Assembly (NCBI GenBank): GCA_030704615.1
Contig: CM060731.1
Span: 45,198,001-45,262,000, forward strand
Length of the DNA: 64,000 bases
Direction of reading: 5' to 3'
DNA from: Takakia lepidozioides
Taxonomy: Eukaryota; Plantae; Bryophyta
Part shown: piece after piece, positions 1 to 13,704 of the stretch
Position numbering within the stretch: position 1 is the first letter of the stretch
Layout: the number at the start of each line of letters is the position of its first letter
Made by a program: the position numbers and the translations under genes
Notes under the pieces: generated by a model
Told to the model about the DNA's origin: nothing
What the model saw: the letters and a program-made list of their open reading frames with translations, nothing else
Database searches by the model: none

Positions 1-213
1 TCAAGAGGGAAGGAGATAAGGGTGCTGAAAGGTAATTTGGTCTCAAGATTCCATCATCGCGGAGCACCAAGAATGTCTCTCGATAGAAGTGGAGCTTTGT
101 CGTGAGATTGGGTAGCATCCAAGTTCTCTTGACATGTAATTCCATAAGCTCTCTCCGAATGAGTCTGTTGCGGTCATGTCTAGATGTGATGTCCACATCC
201 AGAGAGAAAGAGA

Positions 214-1640
214 GAAATGAAATGAAATGAAATGGTGCTTTATAACGTCCGCGGAAAGCTCATAGAGCTTATGCCACAACATGGAAGAAAACATGAGAGA
301 GGAAACAAAACCAAAGCGAAGAATAAGAACTATTGTTCGAGTGATTGTCTAAGGGTGAAGGCCTCGTGCAGGTATGCTGCCAAGCATTTCTGATCCTCAT
401 AGTGGAAGAGAGAACTGATAGGACAGGAACTTCCTAATGTCCTGGGGGGCCAGAAAGATAGAAAGAAGAAGTTCATAACGTACCGAGGGCCATGAGGGCC
501 TATAGGACAAAGTAGACCAAGAAGTAACCAATTTAGAAACAGCTAAACAATGCCTGAAGACTGGTTTCTAGAGGTAAGCTACAATACATTTTGGGCCAAG
601 GTCTCTGCAAAAGCCTCGGAATCTCTAAACACAACAACAAATGCTCATGCCTTTGAAGACTTGAACAGTTCAGGACTAATCACTCAAGATGTGGCTCTGA
701 GAGAGAGATATGGTGGTGAAGCAGGTCCCACCTGAGTTGAACCCATGCCCATTGAGCGCTGCTTTTGCAACGCTGAACGTGCAGATGCATATGCTTTATC
801 ACTGCATTCCATCACAATCATATCATGGTTTCCCCTCATGATGCAGTGCACATGTAAGAGAGTCTCTGAAGTGGATAAATCGATGTCTTAAATCCATAGC
901 TTCATGGTACAAGGATCACATGAGAACCTGGAGATGAGTTGAGAATGTGAAGCAGGAATCCATCATAACAGGGATACCCCGACATGGATGCGGAGAATAA
1001 AGTGGTACCTAATGCCATTTGAATCTGGCACAATTCCAAACTTCTCAAGCTCCTCAAGCAACTGCTCATCCAAGTTCTACAGAAAACGGTCATAACTAAC
1101 ACAACTTCAGTACTCGAGAGAATATAGACACATTTCAAGAAGGAAAACATGCCCTTCCCAGCCTTCAAGGAAATCAAGAGAGAGACAGAGAATGTAGTCA
1201 TTGACCTCTACTTGCTGTATAGCATATAGCCCTCACCAGGTTCAGACATGATCAAAAGGTTGTGGGGATGGGTGCTGAGAGGAAAGACGCTATGATAATG
1301 GACTTCAAATTGCTGCATACTGAATCCAGTTGTGGTTGTGGTGTTGGCTTTAAAAGGTGCAAAGGAAATGAAATGAAATGGTACTTTATAACGTCCGTGG
1401 AAAGCTCAAAGAGCTTATGGGACAAAATGGGAAAAACAAGAGAGAGGAGACAACACCAAAGCCAAAAAGCAGCCCAAAAGCAACTACTGCTGAAGGGATT
1501 GCCTAAGGGTCAAGGCCTCGTGCAGGTAAGCTGCACGAGAAGAAAGGAAATGAAATGAAATGAAATGGAAGAAAGGAAGCATGAGAAGAAAGGAAGAAAT
1601 GGAATGGTACTCATAACGTCCGCGGGAAGCTCAAAGGAAA
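214..1640. repeat. Diverged ~165-bp repeat unit in 2 full copies (214-380, 1365-1534) and 1 partial copy (~1546-1640)
   Basis: Shared (GAAAT)n-GGTRCTTTATAACGTCCGYGGAAAGCTC start and CTAAGGGTSAAGGCCTCGTGCAGGTAWGCTGC end, ~1.15 kb apart. Confidence 0.8.
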
Positions 1641-4600
1641 GGGGATGCAAGACAGAAGACTTCACCACATCCACAGGGGGCCTAGGGACAGAGACACGGA
1701 CCGTAACACAGAGACATAGACAAAAGGATCTGGAGAGGATAGAAGATAACAAGAAAAGAGATCTCACTTCATTGTAGGGCATGTCGAACCCCTTCTCCTG
1801 CCTTGAATTTTCCTTTTCAAAAGTAGCCAAGAGAATGGTTACTTGACCAGTGTACTGTTTATCAATTGCAGGTGCTCATCACCTTTGAGACCCTCAAGTA
1901 CCTTGGATCCAACTCTATGTCCAAATCATAGCTCAAGTGGATACAATCGTAATAAAAGGTGGATATTTTCACTGGTGAAAAACCTGCCCAAAAGATTGTT
2001 GACAGGAATTAGAGCATGAAACTTTATGCTGGAAACACTCATGTTACCTGCCAAAGGGTCTTGACTTGGCGTAGGTGCACTATTTTTGTCTCCAAGTGAT
2101 TCAACCTCTGCAAAAGTTGCTGCAAAAGCTGATCAGCTGTGCTTTATGGTCCTTCCAGATACTGCAAGCACATGAGATCAGTCAAAGGAGCAAAAGTTCT
2201 AGTACCTGCTCTTGCTCGAGGTCAATCTCCTTAGCCTTCCCTGTAGCATTTTCCGTCCCTTTACTGCTTTCTGGCAAGATTATGCACCACAAAACATCTC
2301 AGTGCAGACTCCCACCCAAATCCCAAGGATGAGGAGGCCACAACAATCAGTTTTACTGTCAAAAGATTTTGTGTACCTACCCTGCGGATGATCAGATCAG
2401 AGCACATACGGATGATGAAGCAGCCTGGATCTCTGTAGAAGCTCCAACTTATTTTGAACTTCCCGTATCTGAATGTTACTCTGTTGCACACCTTCCTGGA
2501 GGGATTTCACCTGTAAAACCAGTAAAATCTTATCGTGTGCAACTCCAATACAAAGAGCATCTAAAGTTGGGCTTTACAAAGTATGCATTTCCTTGGAACT
2601 TTCAGGTGTTACTTATAGCAGGTATATAAGCACTGCAGAGACTAGTCACTAGCAGCATTAACTAGATAACCACTTACCTCTAACCAAAGTAGTCAATTTG
2701 ATATATTTTGACTATACGTTGGTCTGCAGGATGCTCCTAGGTCCAAATCACACTAGTATGAAACAAGAATGAGGGTTACCTCTGCAGCTGCTGCTGTCTT
2801 AAATCTGTACAAGTCAGCCTGCAGAAAATGTACCCACACATGTTGGTATGCAAGCTGGGCATAGGCGGTCCTCCCATTGCAGGTTTTCTCATCTGCCAGT
2901 CTCTATCCGTAGGTTGTGCCACAAGGCTACGGCAAACAACGTCTTATGCGTACAATCTATCCGTAGGTTGTGGGAGGAAGAAAGATATGTCTATGAAATG
3001 ATAAAAAGTTATGAGCTACGGGACAAGAACACGTAACAAACTGAGTACAGAACTATAGATATTGTAAATATATCATTCCAAGCAACACTATCGCAGGAAC
3101 AGAAAGAGAGAGAAGTGTGACATACTCGGCTGACAGTGGCTTCCTCAACCTTGGATGCAATAGCCATAATTTTGTCCTCTGTTATGTTTCTTGACTTTGG
3201 ATGTCTCCTACCAATGTGCATATTCTGAGCCATCATCCCCAAATCACATGATCTTTCGTCATGTCATGTGCATGTCCATCTGCATACAGGAACCAAGCTT
3301 GCCAACTGTGCAAGAGATGCTTACCATGTCAACTTTATGTTCAGAGCATGACTTGTGAAGTGGCCTAATCGAAGCTTGAAGATTTGCAAATTCTTTCTGT
3401 GAAATGGTATTTTCTGCTCCAACTAAGTGTAATTCCACATTGACTCATATACAACCAGGAGGCAGCTGGGTCAGCAGTCATACAAGAGGAATCACACGAC
3501 AGCTCTCAGAAGCATCTGCCGGAGCAGCTGGGAAGATTCCATCCATGACCTCTCTTATGCGTGCATGCAAGTCTACTACCGACCCAGAAGAGAGTAGGGG
3601 ATTTACAAGGTAGTAGGAAGACTCAAACATTTTCTCACAGAAGGGGCAGTGTCGGACCTGCATGCACTTGTCAAATGCAAGCAGAGTAAGCATATTACAA
3701 TCGTATTTTACAGTATCCATTTCACTTTCTCTCTTTCTCTGCAACGAATGCTAGTCTCTGCCCGTAAGCTGGTAACCTATCTACTGGTAGAGGCTCACTA
3801 TGATGTTCATGTCTTTGTATGCAAGTAGGCTATCCTACACGGCCCCGTTCAGCCTTACATGTCTGGTTCCTCCGGATCATATCTCGTGCTATCCTCCATA
3901 GGCAAACAACTCCTTTCAGGTCTAACATTTTTTTAGATTATGTTTTTCCTTCTCCTTTGGTGGGTGGGCGGATATGAACTGAATGTGGAGGCATGCTAAT
4001 TCTAATAGGTAAAATGAGAGATGCTAACCTGTTGAGGTAGGAAACTGTTCTGAGTTTGGTTTGTGTCCTGCATTTTGAGCCTTACCTCATAAGTTTTCCA
4101 AGTCTGACACTCCACAAAAGTTTGAACAACACACCATCTTAGTGGAAAAAGCTACAATTGATGAAAAGGCAGTGTTCCTGAATCAAAGTGAAATCATGGA
4201 AAGAATGAACTCTAGCATTCTGTGGAAAACTAAATCTTCATCCATTCTCAGAACTATTGCTTGTTGAATGTGTAACACGCCAATCTCGTCGACCTAAGGT
4301 TAGAAGACACCCTTGAATACAGATTCTTCAGAAAATGTCAATGAGGCCTCTCCTCTGGCAGTTGCATGTAGGAAACTTGGGCAGATTAGTATTTGATACA
4401 GTTGGTTTTCTGGGGACTCTACACCTACTGGGAAGTCCTCAGAGCAACTATTTCGATAATGGTAGGTGGGGTCACCAGGCATGCAAAAAGGGTAATGACG
4501 GGGTTCACCTTGGTGGCACATTTCAACACACGTCAGGCCTGGACTCCCAAAGATGGCTTCCATGTTGCGTGTTCAATCGACCTCAGTGTGACACAAATGT

Positions 4601-6988
4601 GATGGTTTCAATCACTGTCTGCAAACTACCGTCGTCCGTCCCAACGGCCACCAAGCCTTCCATCAGATTGAGTTCCATATGACATGGAATCAGGTCCTTT
4701 TCTTCGGCCCCTCCCTAAGTGTTGAAGCCCTTTTGTACCTTCTTCCTGTGTAAGAAAATACAGTCACTAGTTCACCTAGAAGTAACATGTGTGCACGTAC
4801 AATGAACTCTAACCTTCGCCTTACCTATCTAGTACGCCACTAAGTTCCCTTCCTCTTCGAAAATATCAAACCCTATTAGGGTTTTGTTGAACCCCACCTC
4901 CGAAGGCCCACTTTGATAGCTCAGAATCTCACTTGCTATATTTGGAGTTGGAAACAAGTTAAGACACGCTTCCTTGTGCCGCAGCTGCGCTCTGGACAGC
5001 CGCACTGCATTGCTTCACTGATGCAAACATCCAGCACGAGTAGGCACCCTTCTCGCTTGAGAGTTTTTCCGGCGCCCTTCGGTTTCTCCCACCTCTTCCT
5101 CCATCAACTGCTGAACTTTCCACTCTATCACAAATCTCTTTCGCAAGCTTCCATGGCGCAGGCAAAGCAGAGGAAAATTTGAAAAGCCGTTATCGATCCG
5201 CAGGCAACGGCAACAACGTCACAGGCCTGTGACACCCTTCTGCTAACAGTCTCTTCACGCGCTGGATGAATGATGTAACTTATTCTGCCGACATTTTGGC
5301 TCATCCAGTTTTCTGCTTATCGTCTTCTTCACTGTTTCGTTTGTTGAGCAGCCAATGTGCCCTGTCGACGGTATCAGTTTTCCGTAACAAAGACGGAACT
5401 CTCACCAAAATCATAGTGTCACTACCAACTGGGCTCGGGAAAGCTGATTTCTGCTGTGGTCATGTACAACTTGGTCGCAATTGCTTGTATGATCCATAAC
5501 GCATTCTCATAGACAGATTTCTTGATTGCAAATGAATGTATGAGCTGTTATGTGATTCTTTTAAGCAAATTTCTTGCATGTTATCAGAGTCACGGACAAG
5601 CTCCCTTAAAAATTCTGGATGTTTCAACCACATGCTGCTGATATACAATGTGGATGAATGCAGCTTTACCGATATTGATTTATCACTGCAAGAGAGAAGT
5701 TCCAGCAGTTGCCTCCAACCTGTCTAGGGCTGGGCCAATATCGAGAGAAGTAGAAATTTTTTGGTATAGCAATGACTGTGTCACATCCACAGTCACGATG
5801 CTGCAGGATAAGTTGAAGAGAGGCTTCACAAGAAACTGTATTACAAATATACCAAGGGAAAAAAATAAGATAGGAATGTCTGTTACAGGTACAAAACTGG
5901 ACAATGAATCTTTTCGTCTATGTTTTATTTTCCTGGTGTAAATTGTGACCTTCATCTCTCTTGACAAGTTTCTGGCCATACAAGGAACAGCGTCTCTTAT
6001 GAAAAACACCAGCTCTAAACCCTAAACCCCTAACTGTTGAACTTCCTTGTGGCCGAAATCTATAGAGTAGTCGTTCAAAGCTTTAGGAGGAAAAACAAGT
6101 TGGCTCCCACATGGACATTGGCTCTTCCAAGACATCTGACTCCTGGCACCTCCTACAACATCTGCAGCAAACCTTGAGCAATGATTGGCCCTTCATGTGG
6201 CAGATCTGGAATTTCAAGTACTTTTGGTTGCTGGAAATTCGCAAAAAATAGCAAAGGAAATATATCAATATATGAAGCCTCGAGAGGGGAGATTGCAGAA
6301 ATAGCAAAGTGGGCTTTGGGATTGCACTTGGACTTAGTGACATTGGACACTGGAGATCGCACTTGGGCCTCTACATGGGAGCCGCACATGGATGCATAGG
6401 AGATTGCACTTGGGCTTAGATTTCAATTCTTCACGCATGGGCCACCCTAGATCTCCCAATCAGTGGGGTCTCTGGAAATATAGGAGATTGCACTTGGACA
6501 TAGATGACACTGGACACTTGGGCCAACGGCACAGGCTACCCTAGTAGTACTTATGTTCTACAGTAAGTCACTTTTAGGCATCTAGAAAGTGACATCCACA
6601 AGCCCGCCCCTGCTTGGATCGCAATCTTGGTCATGACAACAATACCTTTAGACTTCTGATCATGAAGAGGGAACTCGTTGTATCTCACCACATTGTAATC
6701 ACTAGGATCAGCTTCAAGGAATTTGTAAGAGTCTTTCCCTCTTTACAAAAGGTACTCAGAAGCTGATATTGGGAAGACTCTGCAAGCTTGCATATGGAAG
6801 TGCTACTCCACATAACCAAAGCCCTCTGCTCTTGCCTCAGAGATGGTTTCTTTTTTTGGTAGAGCATCACACATGTGGCACTTTTTGGTCTCATTCCAAA
6901 CTTTAGTGGCACAATCAGCGCAGACTGATGCATGAAAGCAAGGAGTAAAATAAGCCGTCTTCCTGGGATCCTCACTGCCACCATCCAA
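720..6988 (-). pseudogene. Probable decayed multi-exon gene (partial RING finger, coiled-coil exons, Zn-finger-like exon); may be more than one gene
   Basis: RING-like PCFHASVCADCATKVWNETKKCHMC at 6803-6988 lacks the first CxxC. GT-AG-bounded, phase-compatible exons lie at 2818-2780, 2510-2381, 2270-2206 and 2161-2048 (ADLYRFKTAAAAE / VKSLQEGVQQSNIQIREVQNKLELL / ...QLLQQLLQRLNHLETKI) with in-frame TGA/TAA. An FSCDPC...HCIMRGNH exon at ~720-930 has an internal TAA. Confidence 0.35.
6288..6530. repeat. Irregular array of GGAGATTGCACTTGGRC motifs (about 5 copies)
   Basis: Motif copies at ~6288, 6319, 6352, 6399 and 6483. Confidence 0.7.
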
Positions 6989-7409
6989 ATCCTGTTTCTG
7001 GGAACAGTTAGTAAACCTGAATTTTCTGGAAATATGGATGAACCATGGGCAGCAATACTAATTCAGAACTACTGTCCAGTTGTATTTGTAAAATTGGCTG
7101 AACACTGGAGCGATCCTAAACTGTAATTCAAAGAACAAGTGTTAACGTCAATCAAGATAGTCAATTCACTAGAACAATGTCAAACTGATCAGCTGCTCAT
7201 CAGAAAGGATTACATTGAGGATCACATGGCATCACTTGTTCAGCAAGGCATACCGTATGGTAGGTTAGGGCCAGTTTTAAAAATAGGGTGAGTAAGATGA
7301 CGAGACGGCTCATCAATAGTCAGAGAGATATCAGGAACAAATCGTGAACAATCAAGGCAGTTGGGTGTGTAAGGGACTGCCTTGTAATGTATGCCTAACT
7401 GCGGAAATT

Positions 7410-9048
7410 CTATTGTCTCCGACCCCGGCCTTTCTTTGAAGGTGGGGGGGGCACTTGCTCTTTTGGTAATTCCTCTGGCATAATTGCTGCACACCCATGA
7501 ACCCCCAGAATCAACATGAGCCACACCTCAACATGAATCCTAGCAGAGTGTTGCCTATCGCATCAAAGGTTCAAAGAAGTGAAAATGTTCATTTTAGACC
7601 CCTTTTGTGCCTCCCAGTACATACATGTCCAGATGAGCTTATTAAGTACCTCAGCTTTCACTCCATATTCCAGCTGCTTCTACAAAAACAGCAAAGGAGT
7701 AACAAGAACAGGTGTATCGCAGATTGGCTGGAAATGGGGACTCCTACTAAATGTCAGAGGATATCAACGTAATGTCCTCTGATGTTCTGATGGGCTACTT
7801 ACCATCAGGTCCTCTAGCCATCATCGTAAAGAAGAGGTTGTTGAGCTTCTCCATCTTTCTAGCTTCTTGTGCTTGATCTGTCTTGAACTTGAGGCACTGC
7901 ACATCTCAAGCAGAGGAATGCAGAAATTTATAGTTATCAGCATGACAATTTATTATTTGACATTGTTTGTTGTAGCCCTGTGACCAGATTGGATACAGGA
8001 GAAAGGGGCCGTTGGCGTAACCTCCACTAATGGAGCACGCCTTCAGTGATGGTAGTGGACCCCCATTGCGTTTTTTCCTCGTTTCTGATCCTCCAGAATC
8101 AGCTAGACACAAGCAACTGCCCAACAGCAAATCACAGCTCTTGGCAACCTCCAGGAGCAGGTCCAGGATATGAAACTCACAATTGAATGCCCACGGATAG
8201 AGGGATTTCCTCATGAGACTTTACCTGCCCTAAGCCTTATGGCCAATATATCATTTGCCCAGTTTGGGTGAGCAGAAAAGGATAGGGGCTGGAACAGGGG
8301 AAACTACAATCCTGAAAGGCTCGCTCCTTGTCTTCCAAAACTTCTCGAGAAAGCACATACAATGGCATCCATTTCATGTGCAAATCTCCTCTGAGTACTC
8401 AGAACCAAGGACTTTCACTTGTGTCGAGCCTCTCAAACATAGCAAAGACTGATGCAGCCTTGATGCTTTCAACAGGGCGGATATATCTCCCATTCCCAAC
8501 TTAACGGGTGAGACAAACTAAATCTTAGGTTTTAGAGTCTGTCTGTAAGTTTACCTTCGTTTGGTTGTCATGCATTGATAACAATAGTGGCAATCTCCAA
8601 AGCAAAGAAACACTGACAATCTGGTAGACATGGTTGTAGCACGAGATAAGAGGTCTGAAGGATTGGCCTCAACATACCACCCGATTGTCAGTCACTTTGA
8701 GAACCAGCTTGCCATCACAATGCCTGTATTTCATGACATATCGTGTCTGTCGAAATCCTGTCAAGGACTTGAACAAAGATCTCATCGGTGTCCGTGCAGA
8801 TGAACAAAGCTTTAGGGCTAACAACGAAACTTTAGAGCTAGTCCGTTCAAAGACATACATTCACAGCATTTCTCTCCCCAACAACTCCATGTGGGCCATT
8901 CGACTACTACCCTACACTCGTTAATTTTTCCACGCAGGACCCAACAATCTATCAAACCGCTGGGATGGTAGGATACAGCAACAGGATCGGCGCGGAACAG
9001 TAGGTGAGAGCGCTCCACAAAGTCGTCCCAATTGTCTACATACACCAT
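7410..9048 (-). CDS. SRP9: Signal recognition particle 9 kDa protein; complement(join(7410..7486,7803..7896,8678..8746,8977..9048)), 103 aa
   Basis: Spliced translation MVYVDNWDDFVERSHLLFRADPVA-TRYVMKYRHCDGKLVLKVTDNRV-CLKFKTDQAQEARKMEKLNNLFFTMMARGPD-AIMPEELPKEQVPPPPSKKGRGRRQ* is typical plant SRP9. All introns are GT-AG with consistent phases. Confidence 0.96.
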
Positions 9049-9473
9049 CGCTGCCGCCCTCCCCCCTCCTCTCCTCTTCTTTTTTTATCTCTCTCTCTCT
9101 CTCTCCTTCTCAAAACCTTCGAAGCCCGAAACCCTACTTGATGTGTTGTCTGTAAGTATTTGGGTGAAATTTTGTCATAAGTCTGAATAGAATTCGTGGT
9201 TTCGATCGCAAAGGAGGAGACCACCTAGCCTTTGCTTTCGGGAAAACACGCTACAATCCACTCCCTGTGAGGAAGACAAGAATCGATGTAATGCAGAACC
9301 CAGGAATTGGGAGGAACGTGGAGGGAACGTGAAGGGAACTGTGCGTGTGGGAAGTCTGGGGAGTGGTTGACGATGTGGGTCCCATGCGAGGCTCTTGCGA
9401 AGCGAGCTGCTGTGCGATTCGTGTACGGGTTCGTCTGATCGATCACTCACTAGACCGAGAGGCAGACAGGCCC
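9049..9473. promoter_or_regulatory. Probable bidirectional promoter between SRP9 and the divergent gene
   Basis: 425 bp between divergent ATGs, with a CT/GA tract, telo-box AAACCCTA at 9129-9136 and site II-like GGCCCA at 9469-9474. Confidence 0.55.
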
Positions 9474-12136
9474 ATGGCGACTTCGGCAGGGAGCAGCATG
9501 CGCAACCACCCTCGCCAGAAGCAGCTAATCTTTGACCGCCGCTACGGTTGGGTGTACGTCCTGTTGCAAGCGTTGCAGCATGCTTTCCTTGTGTATTCCG
9601 AGAGAGAGAGGGTCACATGTCAAATGGTGCTAATGTGGCTGAAGCAATTCATACAGTCGCTCCTTTCATAAAGTCTAGGGTCTGAGTCTGCGTGCCATAG
9701 TTCACTTGTGCGCTCCCTGCTTAGCCCTTTGAATAATATGAAGCCATGACCTCCGGTCACCACCCTGGTGCTGCACCGGCAGACAGACCTGCAGGTGACG
9801 TTGAGATCCGTGCTAGAAAAGGAGAAAGGGCTACAAGCAGTGATGCAAGTCGATCCGAGTTGCGGACGCCGCTCCCCTCTGTCCGTGAAGGATCCAATTG
9901 TTTGAATGCCTTACCTCTCAGGGCATGTCTGTGTCAGCCGCACAGGCCCCTTGAACCACCTCATGAGAGTATTGACTCAAGTGCTTTGCCAAGATTGGTT
10001 AATCGTCCAGTCCATCAGTTACTAAGACTATCACTCTCGTTCGCACCAAAAGCATGTCAGAGCTTGGTGCTTTGTATTTTTTCAACTCTTTGTTGATTTC
10101 TGCATCAGTTGCTCAGAGTTGTAACCTGCAGAATTTTCTGACTGATCATTATGATATCAGAGTGCTGGTAGAATGCTGTACATAGACTGTGATGGAGCCG
10201 ACCCCCTGGGGAGGGAAGTACCCTAGCTCGCTAGGAGAAGTGGTACTTGTTTACACTGGTTTAGGGAGGAGTCTTCTCTCTCTACACTGACTGTGATGCA
10301 TTTGGCAAAGTGTTTAGACATCCTTAGCCTTGTATTAGGTTAAACCTAGTGTACTTCCACAAAGTCAATACAGGTTGTGTGCCATGCATCTCATTAGGTT
10401 GATGCTACAGAGTAATTTGGAGCTGACTGCTGCTGCATCTCTCCCTCCCTCTCCCTTGAGTTCTATGTGAGGTTCATGGCTACAAGGCTACAAAGTGTAA
10501 TAGATACATCTTGTATTGTTTAAATACCCCGCTCCACACTGGAAATGAGCAGTGTCTTTGAGATCAGCTGAAATTAAAAAGAAAAGAAGAAGAGCAGTGA
10601 TGAACTAGCATAAATTGTAGTACTGGATCCACAGTTAGGAGGGCTGAAATACAGTAAGACAAGGTGAAGATGAGAGAACGACGTAATGAGTACATACTCA
10701 AGTGGTCATCCAATCTTTCCTCTTCCTCTCCATTTTTGTGCACAGGGTTTTGAGGTTTGGCTTCTTATGCAGGTTTGAGGAGTGGACAGATCCAATAGAA
10801 GTGGCACACCTTGGAGGCCGAGGAATGTAAGGCTTCCATTTCCTAAACATATTCATTTTGTCTTCAGAGGATAGTTCTGCAAGTCGTGAAGAAGTATCTA
10901 GAGGCATGTGCTCCTGTTTTAGATAACTAGACATTGCCCTAGTGGGCTATGCCGGCTTGTATATGTGGAGCACATACAGCACTTGACTGCAACTTTACTG
11001 TTTGCATGATCACCAGTCTGCTAGGTGGAACTACGGTGAGAGTTTGAGGATCTGTTTGAGAACTAGCTGAAAGATTTGAGAGATTCAGACACGGGATTCT
11101 CAAGGATATGGTGTAGTATAGTATCAGCAACAATTGCTTTTGTTTCCGAGCTGGTCCAGGCAAGATTTAACTGGGTTTACTATGACTGCTATGTGTTAGC
11201 TGGCAACTGCTAATGTCAAACTGGTCAATCTATTTGCACAAATCTGATTTGTGGCTGGGGTGCGGTGTAGGTTCTCACTTGTTCCACTTACTGCCGCTAC
11301 TCTTGATTGTACCCTCCACCTGGTATGCCACCTTCGATTCAAAACATTGTCTGGGCTATTGCTTTTACAATGCAACCGTGAAGTCCTTGATTGACTAGGA
11401 CTGTACTGGCAACTTCGATGGGTTGAGAAGTTTGGGTTCAATTGACTAATCAGAGATACCTGTGGCCTGAGGGCAGGCAAACAAAGCTGCAGATGTAGTG
11501 GTGCAAATTCTGCATAACCCTTTGCCATCAGTGCCCAAGCTTACACATCAGTACAGAGTACGAGCAGGCCAGCAAGTGCAGAAGTGGCGGCAGCTTACTC
11601 AACGAGGGACAGGCCAAGTAGGCCTGCAGGTGCAGAAGCTGCAGCAGGTAATTGCCTGCACACAAGCAGGTCAGAAGTGGCAGGATACTGCAGAATTAGC
11701 CCAATGGCAGGAGTTTACTCAGTGGGGGCAGCTTACTCAGCAAGGACCAGCCCAAGTAGGCCGGCAGGTACAGAAGTTGTGGCAGCTGCCTCAGACAGCC
11801 AGCGCACAAGCAGGTCAGAAGTGGCAGAATATTGCAGAAACAAGCCAGATCCAATGGCAGGAGTTTACTGAATGTGGCAGAGCACAATTAGACCAGCAGG
11901 CGCAAAGGTTGGAGCACCTTACTCAGCAAGGCAGAGCACAAGCTGGTCAGCGAGTGCGGGAGTTGCGTGATACTGTAGGAGTAGCCCAGCTCCAGTTTAA
12001 TCACTTGAGTTTACTCACAGTGATTCAACTGCAGAGGCTTCCATTGCTGCACTCTGCGCTGCAGTATTTATACAGACCTCGAGCAGAGCTCAATGCTAAC
12101 CAAGATTCTCAATCTGATCCTGACGCCAATCAGTAG
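9474..12136 (+). CDS. Conserved uncharacterised plant protein (LIFDRRYGWV.EEW.DP...GGRGMF motif) with Gln-rich repeat C-terminus; join(9474..9553,10773..10826,11271..11322,11477..12136)
   Basis: Spliced frame MATSAGSSMRNHPRQKQLIFDRRYGWV-FEEWTDPIEVAHLGGRGM-FSLVPLTAATLDCTLHL-ANKAADVVVQILHNP... with GT-AG introns and consistent phases. The N-terminal motif is recalled from a small plant family of unknown function. Confidence 0.8.
10195..10282 (+). mobile_element. 5'-truncated 3' tail of a RandI/Dualen-like LINE (or partner SINE) in intron 1
   Basis: CCCC..GGG-AAGTA-hairpin-GAAGTGG...TTAC...GGAGTCTTCTCTCTCT matches the tails at 47941 and 59589. It is flanked by a 16-bp TSD, TACATAGACTGTGATG / TACACTGACTGTGATG. 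Confidence 0.7.
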
Positions 12137-13279
12137 TTCTTTGACATCCAGAGTTCAGTCAGCTGAAGCCACTTCCTATCTGTTAAAGTCAAAGTGATCT
12201 CACTTTTAATAAAAGAGGATGTGAGACTGTTGTGTAGCTAAAATTCATAGAGGGTGTGTGCATGTAGCTCAGTCATAGTTAGGTGGATGTTGTAGACAGA
12301 CCAGATTTTGGCCAAACTACCACACCATTCAGTTTTTGAGAAGTTTGCGTTTTTGTAAAAATGCAGTGCCTGCCAGCAATGGGCAAGCTTCAAGCTCTTC
12401 ACTTGTTAGTGTCGACCATCTTTATGATTGTAAATTGAATTGCAGTGGAGCAGAATGCCAGACCCTTCTAGGAAGAAATTGGGCTTTCTGCCAATGACTC
12501 ACAACACCACATGACTTTTGACAGACCAGACCTTCGATTGGAAGCATATTGTCTGCATGGTTCTCTTTGACACTGTTAGATTGAGAGACTATATGTGCTC
12601 CAATCTCCAATCTAGAAATGGGCTAGAAGTGGGCTTCCAATTCTGCATGTAGTACTTGACTAAACCAAACTTGCAAGGCGAGCCACAGAATCCAAGAGAG
12701 TCGAGCACACATCAATCTCAAGCACTCAGGCTTAGAAGTTGTAAGATTAAACTCTCCTTCCAGGGGATATTCTCTTATCCTTCTGCAGGACTTGGGTACG
12801 ACCAGGGGAAATAGCAAGTAGAGTATGCCAAGCTAGAAGGAGGACAACTGCTAGCGGACCAAACAAACAAAAGCATCATCAGCTGCACATCCAATCTTCA
12901 CAGCACATCCAAGCACACAATTTGGTCACACAAATCATCCTCCTTTTGGCCTAAGCCACCAGGCTTTTATATTAAAGTATTGGGTAATCCAGATAGGCAG
13001 ATGGCTTGCTCCCATTGGCCATAGAGATTACTTTACTCCTATATCACACATCAGCTCCCAGAGTGACTCATCATGTTACTGTTGACATAAGACAATACAA
13101 CTCGAGCCCAAAATTAGGCTTGTACTGAATGTCCCAACCACCAACAACTTTTCATCCAGGCAATGAACAGAGGGCATCTCTCTTAAGTGGAATAAGTCAT
13201 CTTACATATGTAAGACTTGCCCACGCCAGGAGGTGCGAGCTCCAGTGAGGGGCCATGGGATACCTCCTTCCGATTTTCA

Positions 13280-13520
13280 AATTGACCAAAGTTGCTACCA
13301 AGCCGAATTCAAACTCAAATATAAAGCTAGACTACGCATTCGATAGGAGAGGGATGAGAAAACCTTAAGGGGGAAAACCTTACCCTGCAAATTGGGTGAA
13401 AGACAAAACCCCATTAGGAAAAACCCCAATCCATACAATTGATGCAAGGCTAATACGGACTACCCCTTAAGTCTCCATCTCCTCTCCATCAAATGTTATT
13501 TATAAACCTAAATCTAGTTG
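13280..13520. mobile_element. Possible LTR remnant
   Basis: GAAAACCTTAAGGGGGAAAACC...GACAAAACCCCATTAGGAAAAACCC motif cluster resembles plant Copia-type LTRs; no partner LTR seen. Confidence 0.3.
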
Positions 13521-13704
13521 ATGAAGACAATCCAAGCAACACAACACCAAGGGCAGCTTCACCACTGCCAATGTGAAAGCCAGATCAATGACCAGAAAGC
13601 AAGAATGCACATCTGAATCATCTGCACTCTCGGGGGGCGGGTCACTCCCTACATAGTTTAGGGAATCACGTGCGAATTTTGTAATCTACACAATTATCTG
13701 GCAC

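Noticed and set aside
3440-3510. Peptide similarity between ORF 3404-3613 (GGSWVSSHTRGITR) and ORF 7240-7524 (GGSWVCSNYARGITK)
   Set aside because: The second is an off-frame read across the SRP9 intron/exon 4 junction; DNA similarity is weak and a match this short is plausible by chance.
6288-6530. CRISPR-like repeat-spacer array
   Set aside because: Eukaryotic context, short degenerate repeats, irregular spacing and no cas genes.
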